A stretch of 64,000 nucleotides of DNA, taken from Mobula hypostoma (lineage: Eukaryota). The translations under genes were made by a program, and so were the position numbers. The notes below the pieces were generated by a model. The model ran no database searches and was not told the DNA's origin. It saw nothing but the letters and a program-made list of their open reading frames with translations. The DNA lies in contig NC_086098.1 of NCBI RefSeq assembly GCF_963921235.1, forward strand, positions 8,184,001 to 8,248,000, read 5' to 3'. Position 1 is the stretch's first letter. Every line of letters starts with the position of its first letter. Below are positions 48,633-60,970 of this stretch, in pieces.

Positions 48633-49192
48633 CCACCCAACCGCTCACCCACGCTCACACCCAGACAACCGCTCACCAACACTCACACCCAGACAACCGC
48701 TCACCAACACTCACACCCAGACAACCGCTCACCCACGTTCACACCCAGACAACCACTCACCCAGACAACCGCTCACCCACGCTCACACCCAGACAACCGC
48801 TCACCAACACTCACACCCAGACAACCGCTCACCCACGTTCACACCCAGACAACCACTCACCCAGACAACCGCTCACCCACACTCACACCCAGACAACCGC
48901 TCACCCACACTCACACCCGGACAACCACTCACCCAGACAACCACTCACCCAGACAACCGCTCACCCACGCTCACACCCGGACAGCCGCTCACCCACACTC
49001 ACATCCACCCAACCGCTCACCCACGCTCACATCCGGACAACCGCTCACCAACACTCACACCCAGACAACCGCTCACCCACGTTCACACCCAGACAACCAC
49101 TCACCCACACTCACACCCGGACAACCTCTCACCCAGACAACTGCTCACCCACGCTCACACCCAGACAACCTCTCACCCACAGTCACACCCGG
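48633..49192. repeat. Minisatellite: 28-bp unit CCCAGACAACCGCTCACCCACGCTCACA with interspersed 16-bp units
   Basis: About 20 imperfect tandem units directly visible. Confidence 0.97.
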
Positions 49193-49700
49193 CCAAGGCT
49201 CCAACCCCAGGACTGGCTGCCACTGGGCCTCCAGTCATTGTCTGTACTCTGTACAGAAAGTGGCACCCAACCACTTAGTCTGTTTGTGTAAACATAAATC
49301 TAAATGTCCGATTGATTTCAGCACAGAAGTGTTCCTCTGAATTTCCTTCAAATTGAATAGAGGGGTGTCCTTTTGGAACAGAGATGAGGAGTAATTTCTC
49401 CAGCCAAAGAGTGGTGAATCTGGAATTTTTGCCACAGGCAGCTGTAGAGGCCAAGTCTTTATGTATCTCTAAGGCAGAAGTTGATAGATTTTTGATTGGT
49501 CTGGGCATGAATGGGTGCGGTGAGAAGGCAGCAGACTGGGGCAGAGCCATGTCCAATTGATTTTGTCCGATTGAATAGGAAAGCCATGCTGAGACGGTGG
49601 AGTAGACTCAATGGGCCAACTGGCCTAATTCTGCTCCTATATCTTATAGTTCTATATCTATGGTCTTATAGTCTTAAAGAAATGTATTAATCTTAAATTA

Positions 49701-51207
49701 CATCTAGTGCACACTTTATTAGTTACCTCCTGTACCTAATAAAGTAACCACTGAGTATATGTTCATGGCCTTCTGCTACTGTAACCCATTCACATCAAGG
49801 TTCTTCTGCATATCACTGGTGGAATATGAGTTTATTTTAGTTACTGTCACCTCCTTGTCAGCTTAAACCATTCTGGTCACTCTCCTCTGACCTCTCTCAT
49901 TGCCCACCAAATTGCCTTTCACTGGATTTTGTTTTTTTTTGGCTTTTCACGCTATTCTCCGTAAATTCTAGAGAATGCTGTGCCTAAAAATCCCAGGAAC
50001 CATAGAACCATAGAAACTACAGCACAGAAAGAGGCCCTTTGGCCCTTCTTGGCTGTGCCGAACCATTTTCTGCCTAGTCCCACTGACCTGCACACGGACC
50101 ATATCCCTCCATACACCTCCCATCCATGTATCTGTCCAATTTATTCTTAAATGTTAAAAAAGAACCGCATTTACCACCTCGTCTGGCAGCTAATTCCATA
50201 CTCCCACCACTCTCTGTGTGAAGAAGCCCCCATTAATGTTCCCTTTAACCTTTTCCCCCCTCACCCTTAACCCATGTCCTCTGTTTTTTTTCTCCCCTTG
50301 CCTCAGTGGAAAAAGCCTGCTTGCATTCACTCTATCTATACCCAGCATAATTTTATATACCTCTATCAAATCTCCCCTCATTCTTCTACGCTCCAGGGAA
50401 TAAAGTCCTAACCTATTCAACCTTTTTCTGTAATTGAGTTTCTCAAGTCCCAGTAACATCCTTGTAAACCTTCTCTGCACTCTTTCAACCTTATTTATAT
50501 CCTTCCTGTAATTTGGTGACCAAAACTGAACACAATACTCCAGATTCGGCCTCACCAATGCCTTATACAACCTCATCATAACATTCCAGCTCTTAACTCA
50601 ATACTTTGATTAATAAAGGCCAATGTACCAAAAGCTCTCTTTACGACCCTATCTACCTGTGATGCCACTTTTAGGGAATTTTGTATCTGTATTCCCAGAT
50701 CCCTCTGTTCCACTGCACTCCTCAGTGCCTTAACATTAACCCTGTATGTTCTACCTTGGTTTGTCCTTCCAACGTGCAATACCTCACACTTGTCTGTATT
50801 AAACTCCATCTGCCATTTTTCAGCCCATTTTTCCAGCTGGTCCAAGTCCCTCTGCAGGCTCTGAAAACCTTCCTCACTGTCTACTACACCTCCAATCTTT
50901 GTATCATCAGCAAATTTGCTGATCCAATTTACCACATTATCATTCAGATCATTGATATAGATGACAAATAACAATGGATCAGCAGTTTCTGAGATACTCA
51001 AACTACCCCATCTGGCACCAACAATCTTTCCACGGTCAAATTCACATTCTTCCCCATTCTGATTTTCATCTGAACAGCATCTGAACCTCTTGACCATGTC
51101 TGCATGCTTGTTTTTATGCATTGAGTTGATGCCACATGATTAGCTGATTAGATATTTGCACTGATGAGCAGGTGTACAGATGTACCTAATAAAGTGGCCA
51201 CTGAATG
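49701..51207 (-). mobile_element. Tc1/mariner deletion derivative split by a CR1
   Basis: TA-flanked TIRs (...tacctaataaagtggccactgaatg|ta); transposase HTH remnant FDRGKIVGAR..LSISETA; homologous to 58028-58579. Confidence 0.8.
49999..50977 (-). mobile_element. 5'-truncated CR1
   Basis: LLFVIYINDL...KFADDTK...LVRPNLEYC; (ccatagaa) tail. Confidence 0.93.
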
Positions 51208-51570
51208 TATCATGTATAACACAACAATATACATTACAACAAACTTCTACAGGAAGAGTTGCCTCCAAGTCTGTCTCTTACTGTAAAACAAGTGTTTCCT
51301 TGCAATTTGTCACTATCTTTCAACTCATTCAAAAGTGTTATTAAATTTCCTTTTAGTTTTTATCGCCTACAGAACATATTGTCTTTTTCAAACCTGGTCC
51401 TAGCAATATACACACAAAATTCTGGAAGAAGTCCAGTGTTTGGTTGGTGGCACGGTAACGTAGCAATAAGTGCAATGTTGTTACAGCATCAGTGACAGGG
51501 GATCAATTCCTGCCGCAGCCCGTAAGGAATTTGTATATTTTTATATATTTGTATATTTGTAAGGAATTTG

Positions 51571-52669
51571 CATGGAGTTGGAGGAAGTGTATTGGCATGG
51601 ATAGTGGATTGGTTAACCGATAGAAGACGGAGAGTTGGTATAAATGGGTGTTTCTCCGGTTGGCAGTCAGTGGTGAGTGGGGTGCTGCAGGGGTCGGTGC
51701 TGGGCCCGCAGTTGTTTACCATTTACATTGATGATTTGGAAGAGGGGACTGAGTGTAGCGTAGCAAAATTTTGCTGATGACACTAAACTGAGTGGAAAAG
51801 CAAATTGAACAGAGGATGTGGAGAGTCTGCAGAGGGATATAGATAGGTTAAGTGAGTGGGCCAAGGATTGGCAGATGGAATACAACATTGATAAATGCGA
51901 GATCATCCACTTTGGAAGGAATAATAGAAGAGCAGATTATTATTTAAATGGTAAAAGATTGCAGCATGCTGTTGTGCAGAGGGACTTGGGAATGCTTGTG
52001 CATGAATTGCAAAAAGTTGGCTTGCAGGTACAACAGGTTATTAAGAAGGCAAACGGAATGTTGGCCTTCATTGCTAGAGGGATTGAATTCAAGAGCAGGG
52101 AGTTCATGTTGCAACTATACAGAGTACTGGTGAGGCCACACCTGGAGTTCTGGTCTCCATACTTGAGGAAAGATATACTGGCTTTGGAGGCAGTGCAGAG
52201 GAGGTTCACCAGGTTGATTCCAGGGATGAAGGGGTTAACCTATGAGGAGAGATTGAGTCGCCTGGGACTATACTCTCTGGAGTTCAGGAGAATGAGAGGG
52301 GATCTTATAGCAACATATAAAATTTTGAAAGAGATAGATAAGATAGAAGTAGGAAAGTTGTTTCCATTGGTAGGTGAGACTAGAACTAGGGGACATTGCC
52401 TCAAGATTCAGAGGAGAAGATTTAGGATGGAGATGATGAGAAACTGTTTTTCCCAGAGAGTGGTGAATCTGTGGAATTCTGTGCCCAGGGATGCAGTTGA
52501 GGCTTCGGCACTAAATATATTTAAGATACAGTTAGATAGATTTTTACATAGTAGGGGACATAAGGGCTATGGAGAAAAGGCAGGTAGATGGAGCTGAGTT
52601 TATGGACAGATCAGCCATGATCTTATTGAATGGCCTACTCCTGCTCCTATTTCTTATATTCTTATGTTA
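51571..52669 (+). mobile_element. 5'-truncated CR1 inserted into an HE1-like SINE (~51445-51570 + 52670-52800)
   Basis: [10 protein letters not shown]; 259-aa C-terminal ORF; SINE head and tail lie on either side. Confidence 0.92.
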
Positions 52670-52804
52670 TTTTCCTGCTACTGCATTTATTTCCTCCGGG
52701 TGCTCTGCTTTCCCCCCATATTCTGAAGACATATGGGTGACTAGGGTAATTGGTCACATGGGTTTAATTGGTCAGCGTGGCCTTATTATGCACTGCTGCT
52801 TCTG

Positions 52805-54250
52805 GTGATGAAACGCTTCGAGAAGTTGGTCGTGGTTAGAATCAATTCCTGTCTAAGCAAGGACCTGGACCCACTGCAACTTTCCTATTACCACAATAAG
52901 TCTGCAGCAGATGCAAACTCACTGGCTGTCCACTTAGTCTTGGATCACCTGAAAAATAGTAATACATATACCAGGCTGCTATTTATTGACTACAGCTCAG
53001 CATTCAACACCATCATACTTTCAGTTCTAATCAAAAAGCTCCAAAGCCTGGGCCTCTGTACCTCCCTCTGCAACCGGATCCTTGACTTCCTCATTGGGAG
53101 ACCTCAGTCTGTGCGGATTAGAGATAACATCCCCCCCAGCTGGCTATCAATACTGGCAAACCTCAAGGATGCATGCTTAGCCCACTGCTCTATTCTCTCT
53201 ACACCCACAACTGTGTGGCTAGGCACAGCTCAAAAGTCTTCTATAAATTTGCTATTGTGGGCACGTGGCCAAGTGGTTAAGGCATTGGACTAGTGACCTG
53301 AAGGTCGTGAGTTCGAGCCCCAGCCAAGGCAACGTGTTATGTCCCTGAGCAAGGCACTTAATCACACATTGCTCTGCGATGACACTGGTGCCAAGCTGTA
53401 TGGGTCCTAATGCCCTTCCCTTGGACAACATTGGTGTTGTGGAGAGGGGAGACTTGCAGCATGGGCAACTGCTGGTCTTCCGTACAACCTTGCCCAGGCC
53501 TGTGCCCTGGAGAGTGAAGACTTTCCAGGCACAGATCCATGGTCTCACAAGACTAATGGATGCCTTATTATTATTATTATTATTATGTTGGCAGATTTCA
53601 GATGGTGACAAGTGAGATAGGTCAGATGGTTGAATAGTATTGCAACAACAACCTTACTCTCAACATTAGTAGGATCAAAGAATCGATTGTGGGCTTCAGG
53701 AAGGGGAAGTCAATGTAACAGACACCAGCCATCAAAGAGCAATCAGACATGGAAAGAGTGAGAAATTTCAAGTTCCCGGGGGTTAACATCTCTGAAGAAT
53801 CATGCTAGCAGTTACAAAGAAGGCATAACAGTGGTTATATTTCAATAGGAGATGGAGCAAAATTGATATGTCGCCAAAGACATTCACAAATTCCTACAGA
53901 TGTACCATGGAGAGCATTCTAACTGGTTGCATCACCATCTGGTATGGGGGTGGGGACACTGTACAGGATCGGAAAAAGCTGCAGAAAGTTGTAAACTCAG
54001 CCAGCTCCATCATGGGCACCAGCCTCCCCATCATCCAGGACACCTTTAAAAGGCGATGCCTCACAAAGACGGCGTCCATCATTCAGGGCATTCCATTTTC
54101 TCATTGCTACCACCAAAGAGGAGGTACAGGAGCCTGAAGCCATACACTCAATGATTCAGGAAGAGCTCCTTCCCCTCCGCCATCAGACTTCTGAACAGAC
54201 AATAAACCCATGAACACCACCTCAGTATTTTCCGCTCTCTTTTTTGCCCT
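52805..54250 (+). mobile_element. Rex1/Babar-like LINE RT fragment (decayed)
   Basis: MKRFEKLV...LDPLQ..Y...RLLFIDYSSAFNTII; YRCTMESILTGCITIWYG. Confidence 0.88.
53257..53586 (+). mobile_element. Full-length tRNA-derived SINE with (TTA)n tail
   Basis: A box tggccaagtgg, B box gttcgagcc; same family as 28149-28416. Confidence 0.9.
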
Positions 54251-54399
54251 ACTTAATTAATTTTTTTTCCAAATGATTCAAATGGTTCCATTTTAATATC
54301 AGAGTATGTATACAATATACAACCTGAAATTCTTACTCTTTGCAGACATCCACAAAACCAGAAAAGAACCCCAAAGAAAAGCAACAGAAAAACAGAACA

Positions 54400-54810
54400 A
54401 CAGAATTATTTCCCCTTCTCTTCATTTCCCCATTCTAGCTCCCTTCTTAGCTCTTACCTCTTTTCTCACCTGCCTATCACCTCCCCGGGTCCTCTCCTCC
54501 TTTCCTTTCTCCCATGGACTGATTTCCTCTCCTATCAGATTCCTTCTTCTTCAGCCCTTTACCTCTTTCACCTATCACCTCCCAGCTTCTTACTTCATCC
54601 TTCTCCCCCACCCGCCTGGCTTTACCCATCACCTTCCAGCTTATCCTCCTTCCCCTCTTCCCTCCTTTTTATTCTGGCATCTTCTCCCTTCCTTTCCAGT
54701 CTTGATGAAGTGTCTCAGCTCTAAATGTTGACTGTTTATTCATTTCCACAGATGCTGTCTGACCTTCAGCATTTTGTGCATGTTGCTCTGGATTTCCAGC
54801 AATTGTGGAA
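54400..54810 (+). mobile_element. Penelope-type non-autonomous retroposon (degenerate hammerhead at ~54697-54735)
   Basis: Pyrimidine-rich body plus cagtcttgatgaagtgtctcagctctaaatgttgactg. Confidence 0.65.
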
Positions 54811-55584
54811 TATGATAGTGCTGGATGTTAGGCTGCTTGAAACTGTTATTTCACAGCTCAGGCACTTGGTTTTCCCCCTCAGATCACCTAAGAGGTGACA
54901 TCAAACATCCCAGGAACATGCTTCAGAGAGGTTCCAGTAGAAGTTTCTTGTTAGGAACAGGACTATGCTCACTTCTAAATTACTTATAACAAAGGAGAAT
55001 ATGTACTTAGTTCATAATCAATTATGCATAGAGGTCGTGGTTGTACAGGAAATGATGGCCTTCTGCCAAATGTATTTAGTCATTTACGTTATCAAAATTG
55101 ACATTAGTGTTAATGTTAATGATCCTCCACTAGCTCCAACAATGTCCTTGGAGAAAGCCCTTACCTACGTTGAAAACTACAGGGAAGTTATTATGAGGTG
55201 AATTCTCTTTACCATCATCAACCTCTCAAAGATTTGCAGACATATATCTGAAGCGCTGCATACACAGTGCCCCCAGCATTGTTAAAGGATCTTCCCATCC
55301 TTCCCACAATCTCCCTGACCTCCTGTTGTCAGGCAGAAGGTCAGTATAAGAGCCAGTCTTTGTTATTTATTGTTTTTCATAAATTCTTCTGTATTTATTT
55401 CTTGTAAATGCCTCCAAGAAAATGAATCTCAGCATAGTGTATGTTGAAGTACCTGTATATGTACTTTGATAATAAATTTACTTTGAACTTTGAGAAGTGG
55501 TAAGATGGGAATGGAAAGAGAAGGAGGGAGAAAGAGTTTACTAAAGGGAGAGATTGAGAGCTTGTCTTGGGAGTCAGAAGAAAC

Positions 55585-56480
55585 TCGGCCTTTTCTCCTT
55601 GGAGCGGCGGAGGATGAGAGGTGACTTGATTGAAGTGTATAAGATAATGAGACGCATTGATCGTGTGGATAGTCAGAGGCGTTTTCCCAGGGCTGAAATG
55701 GCTAACACGAGAGGGCAGTTTTAAGGTGCTTGGAAGAAGGTGCAGAGGACATGTCGGGGTAAATTTTTTACGCAGAGAGTGGTGAGTGTGTGGAATAGGC
55801 TGCCAGCGACGGTGGTGAAGGCGAAAACGATAGGGTCTTTTAAGAGACTCCTGGATAGGTACAGGGAGTTTAGGAAAATAGAACGTAGAACATAGAACAT
55901 AGAATAGTACAGCACAGTACAGGCCCTTCGGCCCACAATGTTGTGCCGACCCTCAAACCCTGCCTCCCATATAAGCCCCCACCTTCGATTCTTCCATATA
56001 CCTGTCTAGTAGTCTCTTAAACTTCACTAGTTTATCTGCCTCCACCACTGACTCGGGCAGTGCATTCCACGCACCAACCACTCTCTGAGTAAAAAACGTT
56101 CCTCTAATATCCCCCTTGAACTTCCCACTCCTTACCTTAAAGCCATGTCTTCTTATATTGAGCAGTGGTGCCCTGGGGAAGAGGCGCTGGCTATCCACTC
56201 TATCTATTCCCCTTATTATCGTGTACACCTCTATCATGTCTCCTTCTCTCCAAAGAGTAAAGCCCTAGCTCCCTTAATCTCTGATCATAATGCATACTTT
56301 CTAAACCAGGCAGCATCCTGGTAAATCTCCTCTGTACCCTTTCCAATGCTTCCACATCCTTCCACATAGAGGGTTATGGGTTACCCTAAGTAATCTCTAA
56401 AATAAGTACATGTTCGGCACAGCATTGTGGGCTGAAGGGTCTGTATTGTGCTGCAGGTTTTCTATGTTTCTGTGTTTCTA
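55585..56480 (+). mobile_element. CR1 3' fragment with an antisense CR1 3' fragment (~55883-56364) nested inside
   Basis: Host resumes after the ataga duplication (55878-55882 / 56365-56369). Confidence 0.85.
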
Positions 56481-56799
56481 AGATCTCAAATGCACAATCT
56501 CAGGACATACTATATACCAGGATTGTTACATACCCAATGCCCCCAGCGTTGTCAAAGACCCTTCCCACCCTTCCCATAATCTCCTTGACCTCCTGCCATC
56601 CAGCAGAAGGTACAGCAGCACATGAACCAGATTGCCAGGCAGGGTAATAGCCTTTCCCCCCAGGATGTTAGACTTCTTAACACCCTGCTACCCCCCCAAT
56701 ACTCCCTGTCTAAACGCCCTGCCCTCCCCAATTCCCAACTCACAGACACACTCTCCGTGGCTACTTTTCATCTTTCATTGCTGCTGTTTCACATATTGA

Positions 56800-57560
56800 T
56801 ACAACTAAAATTTGAGAGGGAGAAGGGAAATTCGGAAGTGTCAGTATTACAGTTGAACAAAGGGAACTATGGTGTTATGAGGGAGGAGCTGGCCAAAGTT
56901 CAATGGAACAATACCGTGGCAGGGATGACAGTGGAACAGCAATGGCAAGTGTTTCTGGGAATAATGTGGAAGGTGCAGGATCAGTTCGTTCCAAAGAGAA
57001 AGAAAGATCCTAAGGGGAGTAAGGGAAGGCCGTGGCTGACAAGGGAAGTAATGGACAGCATAAAAATTAAAGAGAAGAAGTATAACATAGCAAAGACGAG
57101 TGGGAAGCCGGAGGAATGGGAAACTTTTAAAGAGCAACAGAAGGTAACTAAAAAGGTAATACGTGGAGAAAAAATGAGGTACGAAGGTAAACTAGCCAAG
57201 AATATAAAGGAGGATAGTAAAAGCTTCTTTAGGTATGTGAAAAGGAAAAAAATAGTTACGACCAAAATTGGGCCCTTGAAGACAGAAGCGGGTGAATTTA
57301 TTATGGGGAACAAGGAAATGGCAGACGAGTTGAACAGGTACTTTGGATCTGTCTTCACCAGGGAAGACACAAACAATCTCCCAGATGTAATAGTGGCTAA
57401 AAGACCTAGGGTAATGGATGAATTGAAGGAAATTTATATTAGGCAGGAAATGGTGTTGGATAGGCTGTTGGGTCTGAAGGCTGATAAGTCCCCGGGACCT
57501 GATGGTCTGCATCCCAGGGTACTTAAGGAGGTGGCTTTAGAAATCGTGGATGCATTGGTA
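56800..57560 (+). mobile_element. Internal CR1 ORF2 fragment (EN-RT linker), open frame, no 3' tail
   Basis: KGNYGVMREEL...PWLTRE...FFRYVK...KSPGPDGLHPRVLKE. Confidence 0.9.
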
Positions 57561-58027
57561 ACAGAAGACAAAGTGTACTAATACAAAAAAGCAAATAATA
57601 ATTATAATAAGTAAATAAATAATACTGAGAAGATAAGTTGTGGAGTTCTTAAAAATGAGCCCATAGATTGTGTTCAGTAATCTGTTCAGTGCTGAGGTGA
57701 GTGGTTGTCCCCACTGGTTCGAGAGGCTGATGGTTGAAGGGTAATAACTGTTCCTGAACCCAGTAGTGTGGGACCTGAGGCTCCCTCACCTCCCTCCCAA
57801 TGGCAGCAGTGCAAAGAAAGCACGGCCTGGGCAATACGCATCCTTGATGATGGATGCTGCTTTCTTGTTGCAGCACTCCTTGTCGATTTGCTGCAATGCT
57901 TTACCTGTGATGAACAGACTGTGAGTCTGCCACAGTCTTGGTAAAGGCTGTAGGAGACCAACTTGTCTTATGCTCAATACCACATCTGATCATCCTGAGG
58001 TAGGTAAGTATCTGTTTGGGAACTTTA

Positions 58028-58579
58028 CACTCAATGGCCATTTTATTACGTATCTCCTGTGCTAAGTGCATGTTCATGGTCTTCTGCTGCTGTAGCCCAT
58101 CCACTTCAAGGTTCAAAATGTGCATTCAGAGATGCTCTTCTGAATACCACTGTTAAAACTTGTGGTTATTTGAATTACTGTCACCTTCCTATCAAATTGA
58201 ACCAGTTTGGCCATTCTCTACTGACCTTTCCCACTAACAAGGCATTTTCCCACACAGAACAGCTGCTCACTGGATTTCTATTTTGTTTTTTGCACCATTC
58301 ACTGCAACCCCTAGTGACTTTTGAGTGTGAAAATCCCAGGAGATTGACAATTTCTGTAATACTCAAACCATCCTATCTGGCACCAGCAATCATTCCACAG
58401 TCAAAGTCACTCAAATCACATTTCTTCCCCATGCTGATATTTGGTCTGAGCAACAACTGAACCTCTTGACAGTGTCTGCATGCTTTTATGCATTGAGTTG
58501 CTGCCACGTGATTGGCTGATTAGATATCTGCATTAATGAGCAGGTGTACAGGTCTACCTAATAAAGTGGTCACTGAGTG
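58028..58579 (-). mobile_element. Tc1/mariner deletion derivative
   Basis: TIR cactcaatggccattttatta / taataaagtggtcactgagtg; TA at left; remnant SITEIVNLLGFSHSKVTR. Confidence 0.8.
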
Positions 58580-58928
58580 CATATGTTAACTTCCCATCTT
58601 CTTATGAAGTGTGATTAATGTGATCTCAATAAACGAATCTGAGGCTCTGGAATTAAATCAAAGTTAATCACTATTTACCTCATTGGATTTAATGGAATTC
58701 TTCAAAAATAGAAAGGTTGCTCTTTTATCTCTTCAACTGTTTCCTTATTTTTTTAATTACTTTTAATTAGCGTCTGGCTTCTTTAACGCTGTCACTGGTT
58801 TACGCAGTTAAGGAAAGTGTTGGCCAATTCATGAAGATGTTTAATTTAAATGAAATGAACACTTCCACAGTGCTTATTGCACTAGCTTTCACTCTCAGCT
58901 GATAACTATCGTCCCCAAGGAATCATAC

Positions 58929-58957
58929 CTGCCTTTCGAGAAAATCGGCATTTCACC
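58929..58957 (-). other. Candidate 29-nt micro-exon of an unidentified host gene
   Basis: cttgtgttttctctcctcag|GGTGAAATGCCGATTTTCTCGAAAGGCAG|gtatga inside a ~1 kb block with no recognisable TE. Confidence 0.45.
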
Positions 58958-59924
58958 CTGAGGAGAGAAAACACAAGTTCTAACTGGGGATGTTCCTCAA
59001 CCAAATGTGGAAAGGATGATTATTAGCCATTAACTTGATAACCTCATCTTAGATAGACTTTGAGTTAGCCCATGGGACTTAATCAGGGCAAACTATTAAG
59101 TCCTTGTTGTTTTCATAAAGTTAGGCAAGCTTTAGTCATTAGAGCTTAGTGGGTTACTGGTGGAAATCAGATTAGTTTTTCAACTGTTATTGAAAGCGTG
59201 TGGCTATTTTGGCATTCTGTAATGATGTTCTGATCTGCTTTTCTGATGCAGTCCACAAACTGCAATTATTTCTCAACATTGAACTTGCAAAATATGATTT
59301 ATTTGAACACAAAGATCAGCCTGGAGATCAATGTTTTTTGATCTAAGAGAAATTTGCCGGGCAGTGAAATCCATTTGCAAGTTCCACTTGAATGTTGACT
59401 ATGCTGAGGCCAGCGTTTAGGAGTTCAGATATTGCACAAGATTAAACACAAACTTAAAAGAGTACGCAGGGGGAAATTGCAAGAGCTGCCTTTGAAGATT
59501 TAAAAGGAAATCACAAAGTGGGCAAGATGGGCAGATAGCAAACTCATTTACAATTGCATTGGAATTGGTGACGATGACCTCTTATGTTCTCAAAGTTCAA
59601 AGTAAAAATTTGTTATCAAAGTATGTGCATGTCACTGTATACTACATTCAGTTTCACTTTGCTGTTGTCTTTAAGTTTTGTTCTCCCCGTATCTGCATGG
59701 GTTTCCTGGAGGTGTGCCATTTTCCTCCCACAGTCCAGAGACACATTGGTTAGTAGATTGATTGGTCACAGGGGTGTAAATGGGTGGCAGAGGCCATAAA
59801 TCCTATTACTGTACTGTATCTCTAAATCCACGCTTTTGTGGATTGAAAATGGTCAGGGTTGATAATCGTATAAGTACTGGCTGAAGCATTTTATACCCCA
59901 CACCAGACTCAAAGCCCTTCCAAA

Positions 59925-60085
59925 CAAGAGAAAGTCTGCAGATGCTGGAAATCCAATCAACTCACACAAAATGTTGGAGGAACTCAGCGGGCCAGGCAGC
60001 ACCTATGGACAATAGTAAACAGTTGAAGTTTCGGGCTGAGACCCTTCATCAGGACTGGAGAAAAAAAAAGATGAGGAGTCAGAGA
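59925..60085 (-). mobile_element. Penelope-type tail with hammerhead-like motif (60020-60058)
   Basis: Minus strand CAGTC-CTGATGA-AGGGTCTCAGCCC-GAAA-CTTC-AACTG. Confidence 0.7.
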
Positions 60086-60970
60086 TCAGTTATGAGGAGA
60101 AGCCTTTCCATCAACCTCTGCATAATTTTTCCCTGCTGCTGCAATAAGAGAACATGATGCAAAAGGCTATGAAGCATTCACTCCATCACTCATAACATGT
60201 GACATGACTGCACCTATGCCATAAGGCGAGGTATCAGAGGCAAGTTTCACTGGACAATGTGGATCATAATGTGTGAGTACGGTGTCTGGTATCACACCTT
60301 CCTTTCTTCTTTGGAAAGCCTCCTCACACTGCTTTGTCCATTGACATTTCTTCCTGATCTGTAGTAATGAGTTCAAGGGGTGGAGCACAGTAGCCAGGTT
60401 TAGCAGGAACCTGTTTTGTAATTAACAAATCCTAAAAAGGAACTCAACTGTGACACAGCTTTTGACTTTGGGGTAACCACCAATGCTCGAATTTCCACAG
60501 TACTCTTGCGTAATTCTTGTGCATCTCGTTGAGTAAGCACAAAAAAAATCACATTTGTCACATTGGGCTCTGACCCCACAATATTCAAATTTTATTAATT
60601 CCGTCTTGAGATTTTGGAGATGTTCCTTGTCATCTTCGCCGATAAAAACAATGTCATCCAGGTGACACTGAGTGCCTGGGCAGCCTTTCAGCACCTGGTC
60701 CATAAATCTCTACCAGGGTGCAGGTGCAGACGATACTGCAAAAATAAACCTATTATAGTGATAGAGCCCTTTATGAATATTTACGGTGAGAAACACTTTG
60801 GACTCTTCTTCCATCTCCATCCTTATGTAGACCTCAAATGAGTACACTTTGCTGAAGTGATTTGTTCCAGAAAGGTTTGCAAATATATCCTCTATCCCAG
60901 GAAGAGGGTACTGATCTATTTCAGTACTGAGTTGATAGTAACCTTAAAATCACCACTGATCCTTACAGAT

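Noticed and set aside
48449..49291. 280-aa and 223-aa His/Thr/Pro-rich ORFs; CRISPR-like appearance
   Set aside because: A T-poor minisatellite lacks stop codons; the units are tandem with no unique spacers, there are no cas genes, and the context is eukaryotic.
53257..53335. tRNA gene
   Set aside because: The A/B boxes are the head of a SINE that has a body, a (TTA)n tail and a second copy at 28149-28416.
56622..57581. 319-aa ORF as a novel chimeric protein
   Set aside because: Chance read-through from decayed Rex/unique DNA into a CR1 fragment.
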